From: Candidatus Marinacidobacterales bacterium
GTDB lineage: Bacteria > Acidobacteriota > Vicinamibacteria > Marinacidobacterales > DATDRI01
Length of the DNA stretch: 64,000 nt
NCBI GenBank assembly: GCA_965219415.1
Contig: CBDCNP010000002.1
Coordinates: 3,200,001 to 3,264,000 of the forward strand
Direction of reading: 5' to 3'
How positions within the stretch are numbered: the stretch's first letter is position 1; each line of letters starts with the position of its first letter. A program made the translations under genes and the position numbers. Below, one piece after another: positions 20,742-30,639 of the stretch. Under the pieces are notes generated by a model, which was not told where the DNA came from, made no database searches, and saw only the letters and a program-made list of their open reading frames with translations.

Positions 20742-21389
20742 CTATTTTACCAATCCCGGGAATTTCTCTATGACGCCGTTCGAAATGAGCTCGACGGCTA
20801 ACGCCGCCAGGATGAGCCCCATGAGGCGGGTGGCCACGTTCATTCCGGTCTGAGATAGCACCGCCGCGATGCGCTCGGCGGAGCGCAATACCAGGAAGAT
20901 CGAAACCGAGACCAAGAAGGCGGCCCATATCGCGGTGGCATCCTCGACACGGCTCTGGGTTCTTGCGGCGGCGAGGATCATCAAGCTGATCGCCCCCGGG
21001 CCCGCCGGGAGCGGGATGGCGAGCGGGACAATGGCGACGCTATCGCTTGCTCCTGATCGCTGCGCTTCTTCTTCCTCTAGCTCGGTCTGTTTCGATTCGA
21101 CGCGACGAGCTTGAAGCATCGACCAAGCCATCCCGAAAATGAGGATCCCGCCGGCGATTCTGAGAGATGCGATGCTGACCGAAAGGAACCGGAACAGCGT
21201 TTCACCGACCACGTACGCAATGGTGAGCGTGAGAAAGACACCCATCGAAGTACGAAGGGGAATCCGTTTGCGTTCCGCCGGCTTCTGGTGGCGCGTGAGG
21301 CTGATGAAGACCGGAACGGTAAAGAACGGGTTCGCGATCGCGAAGAGCGAGACCAGGAAGATGAGAAAGTCGTCCACGTACTCCATCAT
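20742..21389 (-). CDS. marC: MarC family membrane protein
   Basis: LFAIANP, RIAGGIL, AIVPLAIPL.AGPGAI, TRLMGLILAALAVE. Confidence 0.9.
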   Translation of the reverse strand: MMEYVDDFLIFLVSLFAIANPFFTVPVFISLTRHQKPAERKRIPLRTSMGVFLTLTIAYVVGETLFRFLSVSIASLRIAGGILIFGMAWSMLQARRVESKQTELEEEEAQRSGASDSVAIVPLAIPLPAGPGAISLMILAAARTQSRVEDATAIWAAFLVSVSIFLVLRSAERIAAVLSQTGMNVATRLMGLILAALAVELISNGVIEKFPGLVK

Positions 21390-21401
21390 GTTGAAGACTC
21401 C

Positions 21402-21947
21402 TCAGTTAACACCAATTCTCCGTCGCGCATTGGCTGCGGCTTCATCGAAGGCGTGGTCTAGTGCGGCGTTGATCCCACGACACCCGGCCACCACCCGAGT
21501 CGCGAACTCTACGTACTCCGCTTGCCTCTCCCGAGACCATCCAGCCGGTGGGCCCTTCGCAATGTCGCGGACGTTGCATGTCTTGTCCGCGATCTCCAGT
21601 TGTTTGGCGGCGTCGGACATCGTCGGCGCCGACGTCACCTGAAGTTCCTTTCGAGCGGACTTGGGGAGCGACTTGTCGTCGGTCACCTCCTCCACCAAAC
21701 CTCGCACTTCCGACCCGAATCGCTCTTCCAGCTCTTCGAAAGTGGTCTCAGTGTCTTCAATGGTGTCGTGCAATAGTGCCGCGGCAAGAAGGGTGTGATC
21801 GGTCATACCCGCTTCGGATGCCAGGACATTGGCGACGCCGAGCGGGTGATTGATGTACGGGGATGCTTCCTTGTCCTTTCGACGCTGATCCCGGTGCTTC
21901 CTTGCCGCGAACGAGGCTGCTTCGAGTACGGTGGCCAGATTCACCAT
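21402..21947 (-). CDS. HD-domain small alarmone hydrolase, Mesh1-like
   Basis: KHRDQRRK...PYINHP, AALLHDTIEDT, EVTDDKSLPK, ADK..N.RDI. Confidence 0.88.
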   Translation of the reverse strand: MVNLATVLEAASFAARKHRDQRRKDKEASPYINHPLGVANVLASEAGMTDHTLLAAALLHDTIEDTETTFEELEERFGSEVRGLVEEVTDDKSLPKSARKELQVTSAPTMSDAAKQLEIADKTCNVRDIAKGPPAGWSRERQAEYVEFATRVVAGCRGINAALDHAFDEAAANARRRIGVN

Positions 21948-21953
21948 GTCACT

Positions 21954-22949
21954 CTAACGCAACAGCAGCGGCAGTACACTACTCTCGAACGGCGAAATGA
22001 CCGCCGTCCAGACCACAAACACGGCAAGGATGCTGAAGAGCGCGACTCGCGCCAGCTTCTGCCGCGGGCTACTCTCGACCCGGGCAAGCTCCAGCAGACG
22101 ATCCCATGGAATCCAAAACGCATAAGTCAGAAAAAATGTGCGGAAGGTGGCCCTCATGGTGACCGCGAATCCTACCTGCATGAAGAAGAGGCACGGGAGG
22201 ATCACGATCCGGGCACGACGGCTGAAGAGCGTGAGCGGGGAGAGAAGCTCGAGAGCCAGGGCGCCAATGGACAGCACCTGACCGAGGAATACATGGCCGG
22301 CCAGCCAGTGAGAAAGAGGGCCCAAATCGATGACCTGCACGGTGAGGGCGAGGTTATCCGACAGAAACCACTCGGGCCCGCCCAGGCGAAGCTTCGCAAT
22401 GCCACCGGCGAAGAAGACGGACACGAACACCAACTGCATCAATCGCACCGGCCAGGCGTAGGTCCCGCGCGCCACTTCTTTAGAGACGTAGTCGGTGCGG
22501 CTTCGCAGTCGTCTCACCAGCCTGTCGAGCGAGAAAGCGTCTCCACAGCGGGACATCGCGAAAATACCGAACATGATGAAGAAGTGCCCTTCCGCTGGCT
22601 CGACGAAACCGAAAGATTGACGCATTCCGAAAAGATAGAGTCCGCTGAGAAAAGTGACGGCGAAGGCGGCCCGCGAGAAGAGGCCGATGAACCCAAGGGT
22701 CAAGGCAACAAAGAAAATGCGCTGGAGCGACTGAACGAACGGGGTCGACGGTATGTCGATTCCGAGCGCATGTATGAGCGGAACCGGCAACCAGAATGCG
22801 TCGGAGACTTGGAGCCAATGCGAGAAATCCCAGGACAGGTGAGACCAGAGGAACAGACCCGACACCAGCGCCCGTGTGAGCCCCAGGTTCTCGGGCCCCC
22901 ACGGTTGGAACCAGAGCTGGTTCCAGACTCTACGGATCCTCGTTGACAT
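21954..22949 (-). CDS. HTTM-like (vitamin K-dependent carboxylase/SdpB-related) membrane protein, copy 2
   Basis: LG..R, CGDAFSLD, WPVRLMQ...VFFAGGIAKL..GG.EW, LELL; multiple TM helices. Confidence 0.65.
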   Translation of the reverse strand: MSTRIRRVWNQLWFQPWGPENLGLTRALVSGLFLWSHLSWDFSHWLQVSDAFWLPVPLIHALGIDIPSTPFVQSLQRIFFVALTLGFIGLFSRAAFAVTFLSGLYLFGMRQSFGFVEPAEGHFFIMFGIFAMSRCGDAFSLDRLVRRLRSRTDYVSKEVARGTYAWPVRLMQLVFVSVFFAGGIAKLRLGGPEWFLSDNLALTVQVIDLGPLSHWLAGHVFLGQVLSIGALALELLSPLTLFSRRARIVILPCLFFMQVGFAVTMRATFRTFFLTYAFWIPWDRLLELARVESSPRQKLARVALFSILAVFVVWTAVISPFESSVLPLLLR

Positions 22950-23514
22950 TGTCATTGGGTACGACCTCGAAAATGAGCTCGCGGTGGGGGAGTGAGGGTG
23001 CACGGGTCATCGCGTCGGTCAAGGAGAGGGTGGCAGGATCCGAGAAATCCCGCTTCATAAGGTAGAGCCTCATCCCAACCAGAGAGGGTTCGTCGGCCAT
23101 TCGGTTCTGGTTGTATCGATCCTTGATGTTGAGCAAGGCTTTGCGTACCAAGAGCTCGTTGGCTTTGGCTCTCGCCCTCAGATCGGCGACACCGGGCTTC
23201 GCCGGCCCTCCCGCAAACATGGATCCCGACCGTCGATTCCCCAGCATCTTGTTGAACGCCATCATCATCGAGACTGGGTACTGGGGTGTCACGTGCCTTG
23301 ACTCCACGACGTGCTCTTTGCCATCGCCGTCAACACCGACTGGGAACAGAGCGAGGTGTGCCGCCACGTCCCCCCTCGACCAGTAGGTGGACCAAGAGCT
23401 CACCGTATGAGCAAACATCGGATAGTTGTTGAAGGGCCAGGGCTTCGCGTCGAGACCGATTGCAGTGAGGATGCTCGCTAGAACGATCAGGATGGTCGCG
23501 TTCGCCTGCCACAT
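22930..23514 (-). CDS. Membrane-anchored partner protein (WPFNNYPMF motif), copy 2
   Basis: N-terminal hydrophobic helix; clear paralog of 24535-25110. Confidence 0.7.
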   Translation of the reverse strand: MWQANATILIVLASILTAIGLDAKPWPFNNYPMFAHTVSSWSTYWSRGDVAAHLALFPVGVDGDGKEHVVESRHVTPQYPVSMMMAFNKMLGNRRSGSMFAGGPAKPGVADLRARAKANELLVRKALLNIKDRYNQNRMADEPSLVGMRLYLMKRDFSDPATLSLTDAMTRAPSLPHRELIFEVVPNDNVNEDP

Positions 23515-23542
23515 GACTCGTTTATACCTTATCCGACGAGGA

Positions 23543-24538
23543 TCAACGCAACACCCAGGGAAGAACCGCCGTCCAGCCCACGAACGTGGCTAACAGGAGG
23601 GCGAGTACAAGCCGGGCCAGCGTCCTACGCCTCGGCCGCCCGCCGCGAGCCATGTCGAGGAGGCGATCCCAGGGAATCCAAAACGCGTAGGTCAGAAAAA
23701 ACGTCTGAAAGAGTGCGCGCATCGTCACCGCGAAGCCTATCTGGAGTAGCAACAAGCACGGAACGATCACGATGCTGGCACGCCGACTGAAAAAAGCGAC
23801 GACGGAGAGTAGCTCGAGCGTCACCGCCCCTGCGCCGAGGATTTGGCCGATGAGTACTTTCCCGGCGATCCAGTGTGAGAGCGGCCCCAGGTCGATGACC
23901 TGAACGGTGAGTGCGAGGTTGTCCGAGAAGATCCAGTCGAGGCCGCCCAGACGCATTTTCCCGACGCCACTCGCGAAGAACACCGATACGAAGAGAAATT
24001 GCATGAGACGCACCGGCCAGGAGTAGCTTCCCCGCTGCACCTCCTCGGCAACGTGGTTGGGTCCGCCTCGCATCCGCCGGATCAAGCTATCGATGGAAAA
24101 CGCGTCCCCGCACCGCGACATGGCAAAGATGCCGAACATGATGATGAAGTGTCCTTCCGCGGGAGCGATGGAGCCGAACGATTGGCGCACGCCGAAGACA
24201 TAGAGCCAAGTGAAGCACGAGATCGCGAAGGCGGTTCGCGTAAACAAGCCGACAAATCCGAGTGTCAGCGAGACGAGGAAAATGCGCTGCAGGAGCCTAA
24301 TGGCGGAAGCCGAGGGGATGTCGAGCCCGAGCGCGCGAAAGAGAGGGATCGGTATCCAGAACGCGTCGGAAACTTCCGTCCAAACGGAGAGATCCCACGA
24401 TAGATGAGACCAGAGAAAGAGGCCCGACACCAGCATTCTAGAGAGGCCCAGATTTTCGGGCCCCCAGGGCTGGAACCAGAGGTTGTTCCAGACCCTGGTC
24501 AACGAGCTCAGACGCCGGGTGAGGGCTCGACTCATCAT
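23543..24538 (-). CDS. HTTM-like membrane protein, copy 1
   Basis: Paralog of 21954-22949 (shared WFQPWGPENLGL, PAEGHF, SDNLALTVQVIDLGPLSHW). Confidence 0.65.
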   Translation of the reverse strand: MMSRALTRRLSSLTRVWNNLWFQPWGPENLGLSRMLVSGLFLWSHLSWDLSVWTEVSDAFWIPIPLFRALGLDIPSASAIRLLQRIFLVSLTLGFVGLFTRTAFAISCFTWLYVFGVRQSFGSIAPAEGHFIIMFGIFAMSRCGDAFSIDSLIRRMRGGPNHVAEEVQRGSYSWPVRLMQFLFVSVFFASGVGKMRLGGLDWIFSDNLALTVQVIDLGPLSHWIAGKVLIGQILGAGAVTLELLSVVAFFSRRASIVIVPCLLLLQIGFAVTMRALFQTFFLTYAFWIPWDRLLDMARGGRPRRRTLARLVLALLLATFVGWTAVLPWVLR

Positions 24539-25110
24539 CGAGATGGATCCGGCATGACCTCGAAGATCAGTACACGGTGGGGAAGTGTTGGCCCGCGCTC
24601 CACCGCATCACTCAAGGAGAGCGTTTCGGGGTTCGAGTAGTCGCGCTTCATGAGATAGAGCCTCATCCCGATCATGGGAGGCTCCTCTGGCGGGCGACGC
24701 CGGTTGTAGCGTTCCTTCAGGTCGAGGAGGGCCTTGCGTAGGATGGCCTCCCGCTCGGTGGCCCTTGCCCTGAGGTCGGCCACGCCGGGCTCCGCCGGCG
24801 AGCCTGGAAAGATAGATCCTTGCCAATTCCCCAACATCTTGTTGAAAGCCATCATGGTCCCGACCGTGTGGTGGGGTGACAGATGCCGCGGTTCTAAGGC
24901 GTGCTCTCGCTGAGGTTCTTCGCCGTCGACCCCGAGTGGGATCAGGGCAAGATGGGCGGCGACATCCCCTCGCGCCCAGTAGACGGGCCACGACCGGACG
25001 GTGTGAGCAAACATGGGATAGTTGTTGAAGGGCCACGGCTTCGTGTCGAGGCCGATGGCGGTGAGGACGCCGGCGAGGACGAACAGGATGGTCGTGTTCG
25101 CGCGCCACAT
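24535..25110 (-). CDS. Membrane-anchored partner protein (WPFNNYPMF motif), copy 1
   Basis: MWRANTTIL...; ATGA overlap with the downstream HTTM-like gene. Confidence 0.7.
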   Translation of the reverse strand: MWRANTTILFVLAGVLTAIGLDTKPWPFNNYPMFAHTVRSWPVYWARGDVAAHLALIPLGVDGEEPQREHALEPRHLSPHHTVGTMMAFNKMLGNWQGSIFPGSPAEPGVADLRARATEREAILRKALLDLKERYNRRRPPEEPPMIGMRLYLMKRDYSNPETLSLSDAVERGPTLPHRVLIFEVMPDPSR

Positions 25111-25238
25111 GCCTGAGAAGCTCTTGTTCCCTTTTTCCCTCTCCCCTCTGGGGAGAAGGCCAGGCGTCAACTAGATGTCGAGCTCATGATGGACGCCAAA
25201 ACAGCGTGTAGCTATCAATCAACGTAGCCAGTGAGGGG

Positions 25239-26498
25239 TCAGGATAGTTCAAAGCCACATACATTCAGTGCGGCAATAGCGTAGATCTTCGTCTGATTCA
25301 CTAGCTCTTCGATCGTCAGGTACTCGTTCGCCCGGTGGACCCGAGAAATATGGCCCGGCCCATAGGTGACGCCGGGAATGCCTCGCGCCAGGAACGGCTG
25401 AAGCTCGCCTGATCCGACAATCGAGCCATACGCGGCGTCGATGCCCACCGCCTTTGCGGCGTCTTCGATGGACGTTACCAAGGGACCGTCCTCTTCGATC
25501 TCGAAGGTCTGCCGTTCGCTGAAAACCGTTACATTGCCGATCTTGAAGTCCGGATCCGACTTCTGCAGCTCCTCGATGATCCGGTCTATCTCACCGCGGA
25601 TTCTTTCCGTCGAGTACGGAGCCACCACCCGAATTTCTAGACCCACCTTGCATGAATTCGGTATGTCTCCGAAGCGTTTGGCTACACCCTCCACCGCAAC
25701 GACATTGAGGCTTTCTCTTCCCTGCCGCGGTCCCTCCTTGAGCTCGACTCCTTTTAAGGCTTCGATGAACTTTGTCGCTTTGTCGATAGCGTTGACGCCG
25801 TAGGGAGTGGCCGCGTGGGCGGTCTCACCGACGATCTCGAGCTCGAGGATGAGCCTGCCTTTGAAAGAGCCACAGATATTTTCCAACCCTGATGCTTCGC
25901 CGTTGATGATCATGTCCGGTAGGGGATAACCGGCGTCCTCGAGACCCTGCTCCGCCAGGAACGTCATGCCGGGCCACTTGAGGTGATCAAATCGCCCTTC
26001 ATCGTCGACCGAAGATATCAGCATGAGACTGCCCTTGAGTTGGACCCCCAGGTCTCGAAGCGCTTTGGCGGTGAACACCTGGGCCACCATGGCTGCCTTG
26101 GCGTCGCAGGTTCCTCGTCCCCAAACTCTCCCACCGTCAACCGTGCCCCCGAAGGGGTCGAATTGCCAGTCGTCGGGATCGTCGATATCGACGACGTCCA
26201 TGTGGGTGCCCAACATCAAGACAGGGCCGTTGTTCGCGCCGTCGATCATACCCACGACGTTGGGTCGAGGATACTCGAGCCCTACCTGTTCGACCTTTTC
26301 CTTGGGGGCACAGATGAAATCGGTCCGGACCCCGGCGGCCTCTAGCTCTTCCTTCATCCGTTCCGAGAGGGCTTCGTACTCGCCCGGGGGGAAAACGCTG
26401 GGTAGGCGCACCAGTTCGCAGAATAGGGACACCAACGCGTCCTGGTGCTCGTCGACGTAGCCGATGATCCTCTTGGCAGCGGCGCCATTTTCGTGCAT
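25239..26498 (-). CDS. M20 (ArgE/DapE-like) metallo-hydrolase, paralog b
   Basis: [32 protein letters not shown]; same length (420 codons) as paralog a. Confidence 0.87.
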   Translation of the reverse strand: MHENGAAAKRIIGYVDEHQDALVSLFCELVRLPSVFPPGEYEALSERMKEELEAAGVRTDFICAPKEKVEQVGLEYPRPNVVGMIDGANNGPVLMLGTHMDVVDIDDPDDWQFDPFGGTVDGGRVWGRGTCDAKAAMVAQVFTAKALRDLGVQLKGSLMLISSVDDEGRFDHLKWPGMTFLAEQGLEDAGYPLPDMIINGEASGLENICGSFKGRLILELEIVGETAHAATPYGVNAIDKATKFIEALKGVELKEGPRQGRESLNVVAVEGVAKRFGDIPNSCKVGLEIRVVAPYSTERIRGEIDRIIEELQKSDPDFKIGNVTVFSERQTFEIEEDGPLVTSIEDAAKAVGIDAAYGSIVGSGELQPFLARGIPGVTYGPGHISRVHRANEYLTIEELVNQTKIYAIAALNVCGFELS

Positions 26499-26624
26499 AC
26501 CGTATACCCCTCTGGAATCGCCCATTCTATCAGAAAGTGCCCGGCGGTGGTGGTTTTCGTGCAATATTCAGATTTCTAGGATGGCTCGGGGAGTCAGTAT
26601 TGTTGTCCCGCCGAGGCCGCGGCT

Positions 26625-26887
26625 CGCAGTCCATGTACTGGGCCATCGTGACGATGACCACCGTGGGCTACGGAGACATCGCGCCGCAAACGGTCTTGGG
26701 AAAGACACTCGCCACCGTTATCATGATCCTCGGCTACGGGATCATCGCCGTACCCACGGGAATCGTCAGCGTCGAGATGCACGCGGCTTCGAAGCCGACC
26801 GTCAGCACGCAGGCCTGCCCGAGCTGTTCCAGCGAGGGACACGATGCGGGCGCCAAGTTTTGCAAGGACTGCGGCGCGCGTTTGTAG
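26625..26887 (+). pseudogene. C-terminal fragment of a K+ channel/ion transporter with Cys4 zinc ribbon
   Basis: [14 protein letters not shown] selectivity filter, CPSC...FCKDCG; N-terminal TM helices absent. Confidence 0.85.
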
Positions 26888-26901
26888 ACGGCTCCCCTGC
26901 G

Positions 26902-28085
26902 TCAGCCATCACTATCATTCGGCCCCCTGCGACGACGGTTCACCATCTCGGCGCTCTCTCCATCGCGACAAATCGTCCGTTCTACGACGGACTTGCGGGT
27001 TGGGTTGTCATAGTCAAAGGGACGTCGGTCCAGGAATTTTGCTAGCGAGTAAAGCCAGGAGCTCGAGCGGTATCTTGGTGAGGATGGGACTCAACGGCTC
27101 CGGCACGCCGGTCGGATACTCCCAAACGCTGGTGGCCTCGACGCAAAGGTCTGTCTTTTCTGGGACAACCAGGGCCAAGGAGCCTTTGAGGTCGCGGACC
27201 GCCTGAGCCGTGGGGCCAAGCCGGTCCTGCAGGATGCCCTCTGCCCCAATCAATACGGGTATGGAGCTCCGGGCCGGTGAGGAAGTATTGCTCATGGGCC
27301 CACTCTTCCAGTTCCTGGGTGACCCCGAGAACGAGGCCCGCTTCCAATAACTTGGCGACGCCGAAGTGCGCGGTGGCCCAATTGGGTCCGCCGCCGACGA
27401 GTACGAGAGGTTGCGGGGCGTTCAAGGTCTCCACGTACTCCATCACTTTGTCCTGATTGTGTTCGGCCACCTGTCGGACCTTGCCCAAGGCATCGGAAAG
27501 TGACCGACGTGTGGTCTGCGCCTCCTCGGCGGCAAGCGTCCCTTTGCTGAGACCGAGTGATAGGGCGAGTTGATAAAGTGTCACGATGTTCGCCAGAAAG
27601 TAGACGGTCTGGGGCACCGGTCCTGGCTCCCGTACTCTGATTCCCATGTCGGTCACGTGCTCCGCGACCGAATAGATCTTGCTCTTGGGCGTGCCGGTAA
27701 TGCCGAGGGTGAGGGCACCTTGTTCCTTTGCGCGAAAGAGACAGTCCAAGGTTCTTTCCACTTGCCCCGACACCGATATGCCGATGACGAGACTTCCCTC
27801 GGGCAGGCGGTCGGCTAGATACCGAAACTCCAGGGATTCGATCGCCTCCGCCCAGAGTCCGATCCACTCTTGAAAGGCCAGCCGGGCGGCCATGCCGGTG
27901 TAATACGAATCACCGCAACCGACAAAAAAAACTCGTCGCGCATCGGTAAGGGGACTTTTTGCTCCAAGATCGGTTATTTGCTTTTCGATGACCGGCAGCT
28001 CGGCGGCTACTTTTTCACCTTGATGGTGAATGTCTTCGAGCATCATGGAGTGGATCTGATGTTTCATGGCCCCGTTGTCTCCCAT
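26902..28085 (-). pseudogene. SIS-domain sugar-phosphate isomerase/deglycase (GlmS C-terminal/FrlB-like), two frameshifts
   Basis: FVGCGDSYY, ISVSG, VGGGPN.ATA..G..K, ELEEWAHEQY; shifts near 27255 and 27035. Confidence 0.8.
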
Positions 28086-28090
28086 ATTCT

Positions 28091-28984
28091 CTATAGATCG
28101 ACGATGCGTTCGCGCACTTCCTTCGCGCGCGCGTCGACGGCTGCCTCCGGAGTCCCGAGCGCGTGGAGGCCGCCGAGGTTTTCGACCACGAACGAAGCCG
28201 CGACGGTCCTGCTGACCGCGGCGTTCTTCGGATCGCGGGTGCGTGCATAGTTCCCGCAGAAAGCACCGCAATAGGCATCTCCCGCACCCGTCATGTCGAC
28301 GGACTCCGTTTGGTAGATGGGGACGCGCCAAGCGGTCTCGGTCTCGCGGCTCCAGACCAACGATCCCTCGTCGCCCATCTTGATCGCAACCACCTCGGGG
28401 CCAAAGTCGCCGAGGCGGCGACAGGTTTCCAGGGAGGGCTCGACGTCCCACCGGCTGGGGAGAAAAGCGGTCACACTCGCCAGCACTCTTTCGAGCCGTT
28501 CGCGGCCGGCCCGGTCAAGAGGGACATGAGGTGCGTCGACGCTAACCGTCATCACTCTCGAGGCAAACTCTTCTACCAGCGCTTGCTGGCTCGACACCGG
28601 GATGCTTGCAATGTGAAGCGCCTCGGCCTCGAAGTAGTGAGGCGGGATGTGCTTGGGCCGAGGGTCCATCTGTTCGTTGGTACCGGAGTCCAGCCAGTTG
28701 ACCAACTGGCGCTGATTCGCACCCTCGTGGAGCGCCCACACGTGCAGGGACGGCGTGTCGACACGGGGGCAACCGTCTAGCATGAATCCGGCGGCGGCGA
28801 GCGCATCCAGATTCTCTTGTGGATAGTCTTTACCCACCAGTGCCAGCAGCGCTGGCTTCGCACCTGCCAAGAGCGTTCCGACGCCCGCATAGAGCACGTT
28901 GCCGCCGGGTGCTTTGCGGACCACTCGGTCGTCGAGCAGCACCGTGTCGTCCAACGTGAATCCTCCCGCTATGACTTGCAGCAT
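28091..28984 (-). CDS. PfkB family carbohydrate kinase
   Basis: PGGNVLYA, VG.DY, IKMG.EGS, VDMTGAGDAYCG. Confidence 0.88.
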   Translation of the reverse strand: MLQVIAGGFTLDDTVLLDDRVVRKAPGGNVLYAGVGTLLAGAKPALLALVGKDYPQENLDALAAAGFMLDGCPRVDTPSLHVWALHEGANQRQLVNWLDSGTNEQMDPRPKHIPPHYFEAEALHIASIPVSSQQALVEEFASRVMTVSVDAPHVPLDRAGRERLERVLASVTAFLPSRWDVEPSLETCRRLGDFGPEVVAIKMGDEGSLVWSRETETAWRVPIYQTESVDMTGAGDAYCGAFCGNYARTRDPKNAAVSRTVAASFVVENLGGLHALGTPEAAVDARAKEVRERIVDL

Positions 28985-28994
28985 GTCGCTCCTA

Positions 28995-29789
28995 TTAATT
29001 CGCGGCGATGACGCCGTAGCCCAGGCTTCGTGTAATGATGGCCGACACGAGAAGGATCGCCATGACGACAAGCGCCAGCCGGTCGCCTGTTGAATAAGTG
29101 AGCTCGCGCAGAGACGTTCGATGCGGCCGCGCGTCGAATCCTCGCACCTCCACCGATAAGGCCAACTGATGAGCCACTCGGATCGACTCGATGATCACGG
29201 GTGCCATGATAGCGGCATAGCTCTTGAGTCGTTTCATGAGGGCACCCTTTTCGAGCTCGAGGCCGCGCGCCCTCTGCGCTTCTAGAATCGTTTGTCCGAC
29301 GCCAATCATGGTGGGTAGGAACCGGAATGCGGTCGCGAAGGCGAAGCTCGCCTTGTAAGGCAACCCCAGCCGGTTGAGACCCAGGACGAGGTCGCGCTGC
29401 GTTGTGCAATACATGAGCGTCGTCGATGCCAGGATCATAACCAAGATGCGACAGGCCATGGCCACGCCGAAACCGATCCCCAAATCGGTCACTTGAAACG
29501 GACCCAGTTGGAAGAGCGGCTCGCCGTGCTTGAAGAACAGTGGCCACATGACTACTGAGATCGCGGCAAGGGCGGCGAGCCCTTGCATCAGTTTTAGGAT
29601 TCGGTGGGGGGGAATGCCGCCCGCCAGGCCCAAGAACACGACAAGTACAAGAACGGGACCGAGGATGAAAGGGGAACTGAAGAGCACGCTGAGGGCGAAA
29701 GTCACCAGCACCCCGATGACCTTGGTCCGTGGATCGGCCAGGTAAAGGAAGGAGTCACCGGGTTGGTACAACCGAAAGGAACTAGCCAC
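28995..29789 (-). CDS. ecfT: ECF transporter transmembrane T component
   Basis: DPRTK, RFLP, EAQRARG, VEVRGF (two XRX motifs). Confidence 0.9.
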   Translation of the reverse strand: MASSFRLYQPGDSFLYLADPRTKVIGVLVTFALSVLFSSPFILGPVLVLVVFLGLAGGIPPHRILKLMQGLAALAAISVVMWPLFFKHGEPLFQLGPFQVTDLGIGFGVAMACRILVMILASTTLMYCTTQRDLVLGLNRLGLPYKASFAFATAFRFLPTMIGVGQTILEAQRARGLELEKGALMKRLKSYAAIMAPVIIESIRVAHQLALSVEVRGFDARPHRTSLRELTYSTGDRLALVVMAILLVSAIITRSLGYGVIAAN

Positions 29790-30639
29790 GGCCCTGCCTG
29801 CGGTTCACAAGTTTCACCCAAGCCGAGGCCGTTTCTTCGATGGTGAGGCTCCCGGGATCCATGCCTAAAGGTGCCAGCGCTTGAGCGAGGCGGGTGATCT
29901 GGGGTGGCCGGAGAAAAGTGCGCGCCAGTACATCGGGCTGTGCGAAGACGTCTCGGGGCGGTCCGTCTAGCAAGATTCTTCCCTTGCAAAGGACCACGAC
30001 ACGGGAGGCATAGTCGGCGACGAGTCTCATGTCGTGTGTGATCATCACCAAGGTGTGTCCCTGTTCGTTCAGGCGGCGCATGAGCTCCATCATCCCGACC
30101 CCGCCTCGCCAGTCGAGGCCGGTGGTGGGCTCGTCGACGACGAGGAGCTCGGGCTCGATCGCCAAAATAGAGGCGACCGCCAATTTCTGTCGCTCACCTT
30201 TCGACAGTGAGAAGGGGTATTCGTCCAGCGAACGATCGAGGCCCACGGTCTGCATGATGTCTTGCAGGCGACCGGAATGGTCGCTGCCGGTGCGGTCGAC
30301 GTTCCGCAGACCAAACTCGAGCTCCTCACCGACCGTGGCGGAGAAGATTTGATGATCTGGATTCTGATAGCAATAACCGACATGGACCGCCAGCTCGGCG
30401 ACCGATTGCTGGCGCGTGTCCAGTCCCTTCACCAGGACGCAGCCCGAACCGGGTTTATGAATGCCGTTGAAATGCTTCGCCAAGGTCGTCTTTCCGGCAC
30501 CGTTTTGGCCGATCAAGGCGACGAACTCGCCGGGGTAGACGGCGAGGTTGATCTGTTCGAGCACCGGGACGGAGTCATACCCGAACAACAAGTCTCTGAC
30601 GACGACCAGCGGATCGCCCGTGTTAGGCACGTGCTCCAT
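29782..30639 (-). CDS. ecfA: ECF transporter ATPase
   Basis: GQNGAGKT, QNPDHQIF, LSKGERQ, DEPTTGLD, ITHD. Confidence 0.92.
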   Translation of the reverse strand: MEHVPNTGDPLVVVRDLLFGYDSVPVLEQINLAVYPGEFVALIGQNGAGKTTLAKHFNGIHKPGSGCVLVKGLDTRQQSVAELAVHVGYCYQNPDHQIFSATVGEELEFGLRNVDRTGSDHSGRLQDIMQTVGLDRSLDEYPFSLSKGERQKLAVASILAIEPELLVVDEPTTGLDWRGGVGMMELMRRLNEQGHTLVMITHDMRLVADYASRVVVLCKGRILLDGPPRDVFAQPDVLARTFLRPPQITRLAQALAPLGMDPGSLTIEETASAWVKLVNRRQGRG

